64,000 nucleotides of DNA, from contig NC_057755.1 of assembly GCF_004010195.1 (NCBI RefSeq), forward strand, positions 1,663,306-1,727,305, in the 5' to 3' direction. Of this stretch, positions 1 through 11,989 are shown one piece after another. Position numbers and translations under genes: made by a program. Positions within the stretch are counted from its first letter, which is position 1. Each line of letters opens with the position of its first letter. Under the pieces are notes generated by a model. That model did no database searches. It worked only from the letters and a program-made list of their open reading frames with translations, and had not been told where the DNA came from. This DNA is from Chiloscyllium plagiosum (lineage: Eukaryota).

Positions 1-1810
1 CTTTCTCTGTGTATATTTGCCTTGCTCTGTCTCTCTCCAGTCGATGTTGTTCTGTTGCTCTCTCTCTCTGTCTGCCTCTGTCTCCTTCTGTGTCTATCGT
101 TCTTTGTCACTCTGTATCTCGTGCTCTGTCTCTTTCTCTCATTGCGGCCTCTGTGTTATTTTCCCACATTCAACTTGTCAGGCGATTGTTGTCTCAGTTT
201 AGTACATGCTCACTGTAATTAGCTCAAAACACTTGCGCCCAAGAGGTGATTTCGCAGACTCCAAAAAGCACAAGTATAGCCGGTAATAAGTTGACACATC
301 ATTCATTACATTTCTATAAATGAGGCTCCCTCCATCTCCGGAACATTGATCTTCCCCCTCTTTGCCTTCCTGTACCTATGAGAACTGTATTGTTAATGCG
401 TTTCCCTTTCCTTGTTTGTGGGTCTCTATGTGGCTCTGCGTTGGGTTTGCTTCATTGCCATTTTGGGAATGTTACTGCATGTGAATGCCCCTCGGTTTTT
501 GTGTTTGAGTGTGTCCTTGGGTATGACTCATTAGGAGTGTGTTTATGCATTTATGTGTAGGTTTCTACTTGTGCTTATTCGGAAGTATTTCGGTGACTAC
601 AGATTCATGCGTTTATTTATTTGAGTACAGTATTCAGTCTATGTGAGAGTGCTTCCGTGAAGGAGAGTGTTTTAATATGGGGTTACAGTGTTATGGTTGC
701 ATGATTCTGCTTCTATGTGTGTTACTATCATCATCTTATGGTGGTTCTGTGAATCCTTGTCTGTGTGTCGCGGAGTGTAGGTATATTATTGCATGAGTGC
801 GGGTGCGTCTGCTTGGCTGTGCTCCTGTTTAAGTAGGTGAATGTGTTTTTGAGATGGTGCCTGGCTGGCCGTCTTTGTGTTGAGATCTTTCTGTGCCCGC
901 AAGCAGGATGTCTTTGTGCCAATGTCTGGGTATGTCTCTGCCTGTTTCTGAGTGTCACTCCATGTCTGTATCTAATTGTGTCTTTGGTTCTGTAACTGTG
1001 TTTGAATGCGCTCATTTATGTCTATCAGAATATTTCTGTAAGTTCTTGCACTTTGGTGTGTAATGTCTCTCACTCTGAGTTCATGTTTGTATGTGAGGAT
1101 GTGGGTGTGATTCTGTGTCTGCGTGGAGATGTGTTACCATATCACAGTATGACTGCTTTTATGTGTGCATGTGTAGACTTATTCTTATATCACAGTATAA
1201 CCCTATTTCTGATTGTGTGGCTGCGTGTGCATTATGTCTGTACACAGTATGTATCTGTATCTCTCAGTTTGTTTGTTTTTCAGTGTGTGTGCACGTGTCT
1301 CTCTGCGTGTGTGTGCACGTATGTGTGTGTGTGTGTGAGAGAGAGTGTGACTATATTAATGTGCCAATGTATGGTTGTGTTCACATACTGCAGTGTGATT
1401 GTATTCCTGTGTGATTTTGTGAGGTTGTGGGAATGTTTCTGCAGTCGGCGTTGCGTTATGTTCCACATTTGTTTTCGACTCTGTTTTTGTGCGTCTGTAA
1501 TTTTGTGCGTGCACGTGTGAGTGTATTTAGGTGTATTCCAGTTTTCATTTTTCATTATGTTCCTATATTTTTCTTTGACTGTATTTCTCTGTGTGGGTGT
1601 GTTTGTACATCAATGTACATCTGTGTGAGGCTGTGGGTGCGTTTCTGTGTTCCTTTAGGCATGGATATGTTTCTCTCTCAGCATGAGATTCCCCCTCATA
1701 AAAACAAGCAAGAAAAATCTACAGCACGTCACAGTGCACAGATTGCTCACAAACGTACATTTCTGGGAACCTGGGAAAGATCCAAGTATCTGTACCTCCT
1801 GAACAGTGAA
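1..1810. repeat. CT-rich then TG-rich low-complexity module with a conserved terminal block (copy 1 of 3)
   Basis: CT tract (1-190) and degenerate TG-rich tract (about 380-1670). Ends in ...cacgtcacagtgcacagattgctc..., also seen near 36150 and 39010. The Cys/Val-rich ORFs here are artefacts of low complexity. Confidence 0.8.
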
Positions 1811-1964
1811 AGCTGAACTGTTGCTTCTGTTCACAGGCCTACGTTATGAAAGGATGGACAGAAGCTCTTTTGTGAATGTTTGAACCAAACTTGTATAAAT
1901 ATTGTTTTATGTTGGAGTTGCTTGTGTCTCTATATAAATATTATTATATATTGGATCACAAAGC

Positions 1965-2275
1965 CATGCAAATTAGGAGCAGATCTAGGCCATTTAGCTC
2001 ATCGAGTTAGCAATGGCATTTAAACACGAGTGGTCTGTTTCTCAATCCCAGTCTCCTGTATTCTCCTTGTAACAATTGATCCCCCTACCAATCAACAATC
2101 CCAGAACTCTGTCCTAAATATGCTCAATGTCCTGGTGACCACAGCCCTCTCCAGCAACCAATTTCATAGATTAACCACCCTTAGACTGAAGAAATTCATC
2201 CACATCTTCGTTCCAAAGGTCGCCGTTTCACTCTGAGGCTGTGCTCACAGGTCCTAGTCTGTCCTACATGTCTAA
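1965..2275 (-). mobile_element. Decayed CR1 LINE 3' fragment
   Basis: aattaggagcagatctaggccatttagctcatcgag and atttcatagattaaccaccct resemble the reverse complement of the CR1 3' ends seen elsewhere in the window. Confidence 0.55.
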
Positions 2276-2554
2276 CCAGCTGACAAGCAGAAGGTGAAAT
2301 GGAAGGATTCTCCTCAAAAGGAAGTACAACGCTCCTTTGGAATACTGTATCAGGACTGATTGGAATTAGTGGACTGGACCATGTTCGAATCCTCAACACT
2401 TTTGGATGGAACTGCAGTCCCAGCGGCGGCCGGATGGTCGGCAGCACAGAGCCGCGGTGATCACACGTTCACGTTTGTCGTGAATGATTCGGCTGGGATA
2501 CCCAGTCTCTCGTTACTGTGGCGCAGAACACATATTCTGGAATGGGTAGGGGCG

Positions 2555-3660
2555 GGGAGAGAATAATTGAAGAATACTGTTAAAAGGGTGAGGGTTAAAT
2601 GCAAATAGAGATAGGGTTAAAGATTGTAATTAACACATAATTCAATAAAGAATAGTGGGGGGATTGTTCAATATACAATAGGAGCAGGCTAAATAGAGGC
2701 TAAAAGAGAGCGAGATGAATATAAAGAACGTAGTGTTGAAGACAGAGCAGGAAGAAGATTTCATAGAAAGTAATAGTGAGATAAGTATATAGAGAGTAAG
2801 AGGAAGAATTTTGATTACATGGGCGCCGGGGCAGGGTTGATATGGGGAAATATGTAGCGATTATAATGAGATAAGATGGATCTTATTGAATATGACTTCC
2901 CTGATTGGGGCTTTTAACTAGTCTAATCAGGGGTCCTGGCTGACAGCTATAAACAGGAATGTCCGGGATTGAGCTCACTCAAGGAATCAGCTATGTGCTA
3001 GCTGGCACAGTGTCATATACTGTGCATGTTTAAAATCAGTAACTTGATTACGGGTTACCAAAGGTTTTGTAACGTGAGAGGATTTAATATAGAGAAACAG
3101 GGAGAGTGTTGAATAGAGGGGAGTACAGTGAGAATTATGTTAAAAGGAAATGAAGTGGGGTTAATATAGTGTAATAGAGAAAGAACAAAACAGACAAGAA
3201 GAGAAGGGAGTTGAATACAGGATTATACGGAAAGACTTAAATGCAGGAAAAATGAGAGGGTTAAATACAGAATGGAGAGGATTAAACTAAGAGGAGGCTA
3301 TTTGGTGACCAATAGGGAGATAACTGAATACAGAGGCAGGGTTAAATTTTGTAGTCTTAAATATCCGTTTAAATAGGGCGATTTCAATGAGGAATTATGG
3401 TGAGAGGGTTAAATGTAAAGTAAGAGGAGCAGTATTAAATAGATATTAATAGGGAAAGGGTTGAAATGAAGGGAAGAGAGAGGTTGTTAAAGACAATGGA
3501 ATATACAGGATCAATTATAGTTGAAGGTAGGATTAAGTGAAGAGTAATAGGGGAAGAGTAATTGCAAACTAATAGGGAGACAGTAAAATATGGGGCAATT
3601 GACAGAGAAGACTGAATGCAGATATTAGATTAAATGAAGATTAATAGGGAGAAGCTACCA
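2555..3660. repeat. Purine-rich degenerate minisatellite (unit about 25 bp, agagtaatagggagagggttaaatac-like), copy 1
   Basis: Recurrent gagggttaaat and aatagggaga motifs. Paralogous tracts at 16130-17660, 43015-43460 and, inverted, about 55990-56200. Confidence 0.7.
2862..3075 (+). mobile_element. Short solo-LTR-like interspersed repeat inside the purine tract
   Basis: ccctgattgggg...aatcaggg inverted motif plus a TATA-like tataaac. Related copies at about 16640-16820 (same position in the paralogous unit) and about 9785-9860. Confidence 0.45.
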
Positions 3661-4019
3661 CGAAAAAGTCACATCCCTTAAAATTTCCAAACCTCAATGT
3701 TGAACCTTGGCTCTTCCTCTATCCATCGTACAAATTAATTGCCTCCATTTTGCTTTGCTTTCCCGGATTACCTCTCTCCACCTCACCGACTTTTCCCTCA
3801 TTACCAATGCAATTGACTTTGAACCTCACACATGCCCACACTCCTCGCAACTTCTCTTTCCCTCCTGCCTTCGCTTTATCACGTACAGCAGTGTAGATTG
3901 ACGTAATGCCCCTTTGCTTAACGTGAGAGGGGATGAATAGCCTTCAGCTGTTCGTCTTTACAATTTCAACATGAAGTAAATTGCCTCCTCCACTTCCTGT
4001 TTTGGTCTCAAAACGGGCT

Positions 4020-4345
4020 TTTTTTATACATTCATGTACTGAGGGCTTCCCTGGTTCGCACCAGCATTTTTGACCATCTCTAACTGCCGAGAGAACAGTT
4101 AAGTGTCATCCACATTGTTGTGGGCCTGGAATCACATGTGGTCCTGACCATTCAAGGATGGAGATTTCCCTCTCTAAAGGACATGAGTGAACTGTGTTTA
4201 TTGTCATTATTAGCCTCTTTAATTCCAGACTTTTACTGAGTTCAAATTGTATCATCTGCTGTGGTGGGATTGAACTTAGGTTCCCAGAACCTGGGTCTCT
4301 TGATTGACAGTCCAGCATTAATTCCACTAGGCCATCTCTTCCACT
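4020..4345 (-). mobile_element. tRNA-derived SINE (shark-type), decayed
   Basis: Minus strand starts ggaagagatggcctagtgg (A box) ... aagttcaatccc (B box). The body agagggcagttaagagtcaaccacattg is shared with partial copies at about 5735-5850, 19215-19330 and 44020-44155. Confidence 0.6.
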
Positions 4346-6255
4346 TACTGAATGTCCTCCTCTTGTGTAGCAGACTGCAGAAAGTACTGAATACAAACCC
4401 ACAGAACTGTGGCTGTTGTAAATCAGAAAGTAAAACATAAATTGCTGGAAAATCTCAGCATGCTCGGCAGCATCTGTCAAGAGTTATCGGAGCTGAATAG
4501 TCTCCTGTTCCAGTGTAACAGTCTGGGGAAGGAACTGAATGGCCTCTCCAATTGTTGTGTTGCTTGGTGTGTCAGCATATCCACCCAACAATTGAAAACG
4601 AAGAAATGCTTTGTGCACTTAATTTAAAAAAAAAATCCGTGAAATTTTCAAGTCTCTGGCTATGTTCTCCTGTTGAAAAACATAATGAATAAAGTTTCAT
4701 TTCAGTATCTCAACATTTCAGCTCTTCACAGACAATTGGTACTATATTTCAATGTGCGTTTTATACCGTTAACCAGGGAAAGGGACAGGAATATACTGGA
4801 TAATGTAAACGTGAAACATATTTCATCTTTTTGGTAAAGAGAGACGTTATAAATTAACTGGCCAATTCTGGATGGATACTTATTACATCAAGACTGGGAG
4901 GTGTACTTTTTTTTTTGGTAAGTGACTGAGCAGGTTAGGAAGGGTTGTAAAAATCCATATAATGTCAAGTTCGAGAACAAACGTAAGGGAAATGTTGCTA
5001 AGCCATGATAATTCACTATTTCAGACACAGTTGAGGGAAACAGACATGCTTTAAGCCATTCAAAAGCATAAGTCTTGGAATGAGTCGAAATTGATTTCTA
5101 CCTATTTCAGAGCACCGCACTTAGGAAGGATGTCAATGCATTGGATCGGCTCTGGAAGGAGATTAATAGTCACAGGGACGTAGCAACTGGCCATTCAGCC
5201 CCCTCAAGCGAATGCTGCCACTCAATGGCTGATCTGCAAGTTAATTTCATACATTTTTGTGACCTATTCCTTAATGCATATGCATTAAAAAAAAACTATC
5301 TCAGATTTAAACTTAACGACTGGTCCAGCATTCACAACCGTTTGTAGAAGAGTCTTCCAAATATCCCATACATTTTCTGTGTGGAAGTGCTTCTTAACAT
5401 CTCTCCTGAACATACTGGCCCTAATTCACAGACCATGCCCCTTAGTTTGAAAATCTCCAACAAAGGGATATAATTTATCTTCATAAGCCATTCTTTTAAT
5501 TTTGAAAGAGAGCAGGACTACTTTGTACCGTCTGCCCCATACCTAAACCCCAAAAGTACAGGTATCATTCTTGCAAAGCTACTCTGTACTCCTTCCAAGG
5601 CCAATATATTCTTCCAAAGGTGTGATGCTTGGATCTGCCCCTAGTACTCCGAGTGAGATCGAACCAGGGTATTTCTTATCTGCAGCAAAACTCCTGTGGC
5701 GTTAAATGCGATGATCGCCTCACCATTTAGGAAAGAAATTATTGACCTACCCAGAGGGCAGTTAAGAGTCAACCACATTGTTGTGTGTCTTGAGTCACAT
5801 ACAGAACAGTCCAGGTAAGGATGGCTATTTCCTTCCCTAAGGGACATGGGTGAAAATTTACTTATTGATTTTTTCTCCTGAAAAAGACAAAAACAAAATG
5901 ATTAATCAAGGAGTTGACCATTTCCCTGTAGACATTAACAACACCCCCATATGCTTCTCTGTTGTACAATCTGATCTTCTTGCATACTTATTAGGCCTCG
6001 TTTTACAAAATAATCAGACATGATTAATTATTTTTGAAATAGAACATAGATAAATATGCAACTTTACAAAACCAGTTTTTCGCTCTAATATCTCGAGTAA
6101 CATAGCAGTTCTGAAATATCTATGCTTGCACTCTACCTTTAAATGCGCAATTACAGGTCGTTGAACTGGAGTGGGGGTTATTCTTTCTTCTCACAATGTT
6201 CCTGCTTCGTTTTCCTGATGCTCTCTGTGGCATCTCTCTGATTTGAGTGACTTCT

Positions 6256-6358
6256 TCCAGCGTTAATGTGCAGGTGTTGGACTGGGGTGGAGAGTGTCAA
6301 ACATCACATGACATCAGTTTATCATCCAATAGGTTAATTTGAAATCACAAGCTTTCGT
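6256..6358 (-). mobile_element. Penelope-like terminal fragment with candidate 9-bp TSD
   Basis: Reverse complement of the 8240-8340 repeat family, flanked by gtgacttct at 6247-6255 and 6359-6367. Confidence 0.55.
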
Positions 6359-6959
6359 GTGACTTCTGATCTTTTATCGATTTATCTCGGCCATTTCAGA
6401 CGCAGTGGCTTAGCAGTGTTATAAGGTAACAACGTAAGTATCATAGTTTAAAATCATCTTCTATTTTAGGAAGGACGTTACATAAAAACGTAGTGGATAT
6501 TTTATTTTCCTGTTCTTTAATTGATCCGTGTCAAAAAGCAGCTCTCCTGAAACTCAGGTCTACTTTTCCACCGACAACCTTGTTGGAATATCTCAACAAT
6601 AAATTCAATGTTCAGTCAAGGTGAAGGCTTGCATATATCTCTGGATTGATTGACATTGAATACTACACGCTTCTTGATTTAATATCTCAGTTCCATTGTA
6701 TTATTAATGTCAGTTCAATGCAATCAAACAAGATATTGGGTTTTCCTATCTGGGCCTACCACGCCAACTCCACTACCGATACCAGTTTTCCTGTTCCAGG
6801 TTCATAACACTGCTCCTGTAGACACCACTAATGCCATCTTCCTCCAGTGACACCGCCACAAGGAAGAGAAGATAAAGGTGTAGACGAGAGAGAAAAGAAG
6901 AAAGAAAGATGTGACCAGCCTGGAGATCGGAATCAAATGGGCTCAGAGTACTGAACGCT

Positions 6960-8640
6960 ACCTACCCTGTCAACGCCTGCCAACCTAAAACAAAAATTCA
7001 TGAGGACGTGGACAAGGGACATTCACGACGGCTCCAGTGCTTCTCCACTGAAGTGAGACTGGAGAGGTTCGGATTTGTTTTGGTAAAATGCTCCGATGGC
7101 AAGTCAGTGTTCTTCTCTGGCCACTGCCTCCTGCTGGAATCTGAACGTGAAACTGCTGATCCCAGAAAACATGGAGGATATTAAAAAGGAGAATGATGAG
7201 TGGAAACTCAAGAGGTCTTTATTCTCAAAGGTATTCTGAAGATGAGACAGAAACGGAATGAACTGTCCAAAATACAGAAAAGCGTGCATAATCCTCGCCT
7301 GCTGCAGAGAATTTCCAGGAGGTGAAGAGCCAGCTAGCCTCGCTGTGTACGTCAGAAGCCTCAAGATAATCTCCCCATCCAATGTCCACACTGTGGTGTA
7401 GGATGAGACATGCTCACGTTTGGTGTTCCAGAAATTGCACAGGGTGTGCTCTGTGCTCAGAGCCTGAAGGAAGAAAATGGTTCTGTAACATTATCTCAAC
7501 CTGATATCCTGAGGATGAGCAAATCCTTTTGTGCCAGACTTTATGACACGAAGCACACGAATAGCCCCGCCTCCTGGTCATTCCTTGCTGTCATGTAAGT
7601 CTTGGACGACAGAAGACGGGGGAAGCTGCACTAACCGTAATCTCTGTATGTGCTGACCAAGGCTCTCATGTTCTTCAAAAAGAATACAATTCACAGAAGA
7701 GACGGTATACTAGCCGAGTTGTATTCGATTCTGGGAGACTTGATTGGTCATGACCTGCTGGAAGTGGACAACAGTATGCTTCTAACAGCTAGCCTTTTAG
7801 AATCCATGAGGAAATGCATCAAACCCCTCATTTACAATCAGAAGGGGGAGAGGGACGACTGACGATCAAGTTCGTTGCTTCAAACAAATTAAAATGATTT
7901 GACTAAGGTCATTAGCAACCGGGTTAGTACTGGTTTGGGATCAGTGATTCACCCCGAACAAACCTGATACCTCAATAATATATGCGCGAAGTGATAAAGT
8001 TACTGATGATATGTCACGTTTATATTTATTATTTGTGATGATGCATGAGGTATTTGGACAGAAATAACACAGGAAAAGGACTGAATTATTAGATCTGTGT
8101 TAGATCTAACAGATGAAAGGCTTAACAGACAATCAATTTTTCAATGTATAATTTCAGTTACATTACACTGCAAATGTTTGCTATGTATTCTGTGTTACGA
8201 TCGAGCCCTCCACTATCACCTGATGAAGGAGCGTCGCTCCCAAAGTTAGTGTGCTTCCAATTAAACCTGTTGGAATGTAACCTGGTGTTGTGTGATTTTT
8301 AACTTTGTACACCCCAGTCCAACACCAGCATCTCCAAATCCTGATCAGTACTGTCAGCCTCAGATTTTTCCAGGACAGAATCACATGTGCGCAGGACAGG
8401 GGAGTTGGAATTCTGCCTTATCAACCAAGACCAGAAGGTCTTTGAAAGGTCGTCACACACATACATGTGGGATGTGCTCTCAAAGTGGGCTTTTGGGACG
8501 GATTACACAAATGAATCCGACTGCACTGCACCAATATTATTTGTGCAGCCTCAAGGAATGGTTGGGAATCAGAAAGCTTCCAAATCAGACCTTCACTCAG
8601 GCAGGGCTGCCAATTCTCACCTTTCCTGTCGCATTGTTGA
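6960..8640 (+). mobile_element. Decayed Tx1/L1-clade LINE ORF2 remnant, interrupted at about 7967-8340
   Basis: Translations KNTIHRRDGILAELYS (KSPGxDGLxxEFY-like), VIHPEQT and LINQDQKVFERSSHTYMWDVLSKWAFG (LDQEKAFDR-like RT motif). Many stops. Confidence 0.7.
8097..8340 (+). mobile_element. Penelope-like terminal repeat fragment with mutated hammerhead motif
   Basis: cacCTGATGAaggagcgtcgctccCAAAgttagtg at about 8217-8252 (GAAA mutated to CAAA). Same family as the intact minus-strand copy at 9512-9680. Confidence 0.7.
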
Positions 8641-9511
8641 CCTGGAGGCAACTGAATAATTGTTACAATCATTCATGCCTTTCTTCCTCTTCAGTAATTA
8701 TCTATCCACCGAGAACTTCTTTACTAAGGTTCCTCAGTCCACCATTGCTCATTTATGTATGGATCCTTGATTTAGATTCAGGACCCGAGTTATAGTGTCA
8801 CATTCTTCATTCTCCATCTTAATAAGCAAATCAAGTGTTATAAGATAACTTTTCCCTAATACAATAATTTTTGTAATTTCATGCTATTTCATTATGTGTG
8901 TAATTCCTGCAGAAATTATGTTAACTTGTTGCATGCTTACGACTGTTCTCTTATACCAATTCACATCTGTGAGATCTAATAATTCAGTCCTTTTCCTGAG
9001 TTATTTCTGTCCAAATACCTCAAGCATCATCACAAATAATAAATATAAACGTGACATATCATCAATAACTTTATCACTTCACGCAGATATTATTGAGGTA
9101 TTTCTACAATTGAAAACTAGCACTTCAGAATGAACACTGTCCCTGAATCCATGAGGCATGTGAGGGAAGTGTTTCATCCTGAAGATTAGGATTCTGAAGC
9201 ACGGATCCAAAACACCTTTTTGTTGCTTTTCTCTTTCACGCAGATTTTCTACATCACGCGGCAAGCTTAATTTGCCTCCTAACTGAGATTGATGCATGTT
9301 TTCCAACACTCTGACTAGTTTGAGTAAATATTCTACAATGGCAGTAATATTTTTCCCCAGAAGAGTAGCAGTCCCCATCCAATTTAAAAAAGACATTCGC
9401 ACCAACCCCAGTAACCTGACCAGCAATCGAGACGTCCAAGGCCCTTCCTCCTGGAACCAATGCTTCCAACCACACGGTCACTGGCCTAATGAGTACTCAG
9501 AGTAACAATTT

Positions 9512-9680
9512 GGAGACGCCGGTTTTGGTCTGGTGTATGCAAAGTTAATAATCACACGACATCAGACTATAATCCAGCAGATTTAATTAGAAGCACTAGC
9601 TTTCGGAGCGCTGCTCCTTCATCAGGTGGCTTGTGGAGTATCAGATTGTAAGAGACGGAATTATAGCAAAAATAACGAGG
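9512..9680 (-). mobile_element. Penelope-like terminal repeat fragment
   Basis: Reverse complement aligns with 8170-8340 and contains an intact hammerhead core. Confidence 0.7.
9594..9628 (-). ncRNA. Minimal type I hammerhead ribozyme motif (family A)
   Basis: Minus strand CAC-CUGAUGA-A-GGAGC-AGC-GCUCC-GAAA-GC-UA-GUG. Both catalytic boxes are intact, with a 5-bp helix II, a palindromic AGCU in place of helix III and CAC/GUG helix I. Confidence 0.7.
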
Positions 9681-11989
9681 AGGTCAGCCTTTCAATTTCC
9701 TCCTCCAATTGCTGAATATTACTTGTAGGATTTCATCACTGTTTCAATCTGTTATTGTCATGAAGTCAGACAGCTGGACTTCATAGGAAATGATTTTCCT
9801 GATTAGGGCTGTTAGGCTGATCAATTCAGGGAGCCATGTCTTAAATAAAAGGATGAATATCAGGGATATTGAGATGCTGAATGCACATCTCATTGAGACG
9901 CTACTATCAAGGTCTATGCGCTTTTATATGAAGAGTGATTAATGACAGGATGCCCGCCTCTGAAGAGTCATTTCACGACCAGACATTTTGGAGTCCATGC
10001 GGACCAAGACCTCGGGCACTTTACTTTCCTGTACCACTCCCATACCCCAAGACGTGCTGAATTTGCTCCGTGAGTTCTTGACCCTCGGTACTGTTGATGT
10101 GATTTGCCATTCAGGATTCAATCTCGTCATGACTGATGATTCTGATAGTGTCGGTCAGCCATTGTGGCGTTGTCCACTGATACCATGTGATGTTTACAAA
10201 GAATGGAATTTACTTCATAAATAATGAGAAAAAAAAACTGGGGAGTTGGGAGTCCATGTCCATTTGATTACAGCATCGATTGACCAAAATGATCACTGGA
10301 CAGCAAAGACTTAATGATGAGGGAATGAAACGCCCAGAATTTCTCAAATTTAGAAGTGTTTGAGATGAGTAAAATTTTCAAGAGAATAATAGGCAATGAA
10401 GGGATTTAATGGATCCGTATTGGCTCTTGATTTTGGACGACTATAAGCAGTTAAAAGTTTATGAATGGTCTCAGTCTTTCCAAAACTGAAAAGAATGAAG
10501 AATGCCTCACATTTCTCTACATTTTATTACACAGACTTCTTTGTACTCAGTCTCTCACTGAATCAGTCCTCTTTTTGTTTTACTGTCGCACCGAACATTG
10601 CGTAATCAGCAAAAGTAACATATGATCCCATACACTCATTGATCAATAGAGATTATATGGGGCTGTGTCTCGGGTAACGGTCCTTGTGGCTCTCCCTAAT
10701 GTTATGAAGGTGTAGAAATGTACTGCACTTTTAAGAAAATTAATAGCGAGCATAATTATCTGACAGCAACAAATCTCCTGAACAAGATACAATGCAACCG
10801 TTTTCTCTAGCAGCTAAAATAGCTGGTTTTCTGGAGAGAAAAAAAAACAAAGTCAAATTAGACCAATCATTTTAAATTTTAGCACAAAATACCAATCTTC
10901 AATCAAGTTTGAATTTACTATTTGACAACACTAAAAATCGAAGAAACAATTCGATGATTTGGGACATAAAACTGGGGGAAAACGTGAACAGTTGGGGAAA
11001 TAACTGCCAAGCCTCCAACGTTTGCAGACTACCTGTCAATATAGCCATCTTAACGGTACCTTTGTAGACCAGTGATCTGTGAAACAGAACTCCCTAAGAT
11101 GAAGAAAATGTACAAAGGAAGATACTAAGAGATGATTCGACAGCTGGCTGGTTTTGAAGTTTGACTTTTGATAAATCTAACGGAAGGTTTTGTTGGACTA
11201 GTATTGTAGAAGGGAAAGTAAAATGTATGTTAGAGGAAGGAGGTGCTAATATGTAACTAATATGTTTATTAGTTATTTTCCTATGTTTTTCTTTAAGAAA
11301 TAATGTTACTTTTTAACTTTAAGTAGTTCTTGTCTTCTTGAATTTTCACAGATTATTGCATGGAGTAAATATTTTCTGTACTGCCCCTTTTAATTAATAC
11401 GGGGTTTACCCCGTCTCAAACAAAAAATGGTTGCTCATCGTGGGGAATTGATCAATTCAGAGTGTTTTGTTCACGATTTGAACAGTTTGGGTCGTAGATA
11501 TGTAATTTGAACTCATTCAGACAGAATAGAATAGATGTGGGTTACAAAAGCGGCCAGTAGATTTAAACACTTGCAAGTTAGTGTCCTTGATCTTTAAATA
11601 ATACATAGGTGCGACAATTTATTTAATTTTGGCGACTTGTGGTTGATTAAATTAAAAGTGAGAAAAATGGTTCTGAAAATAGCTGAAACGATTTTGGAAT
11701 TTGAAGATTCTTCTCAAATTTGCCATGGAAGTTGAAAAGGAAAGAACAAGACCATGATTTTAAAATTAGCAAAAAAGTGAGCTTTGGGTGTGAACAAGGA
11801 CAAAAGCAAAGTTCAAATTGGAAGGAAATTCCTCAAAAACTTAGTTATGCCAGAGAAATCGACAGGCACAGTCAATGTAGAAAAACATCAAGTACAATTG
11901 AGGAAAATAGAATTGGGAGATAAATAAAGAGAGAGAGAGAAGGCTCTTAGCTAAGCAAAGAGAAACAGAAGAAAGGGAAAGTAGAAAGG

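Noticed and set aside
1002..1816. Long Cys/Val-rich ORFs (also 34936-38976)
   Set aside because: Translations of TG-rich low-complexity DNA; frames are not conserved among the paralogous tracts.
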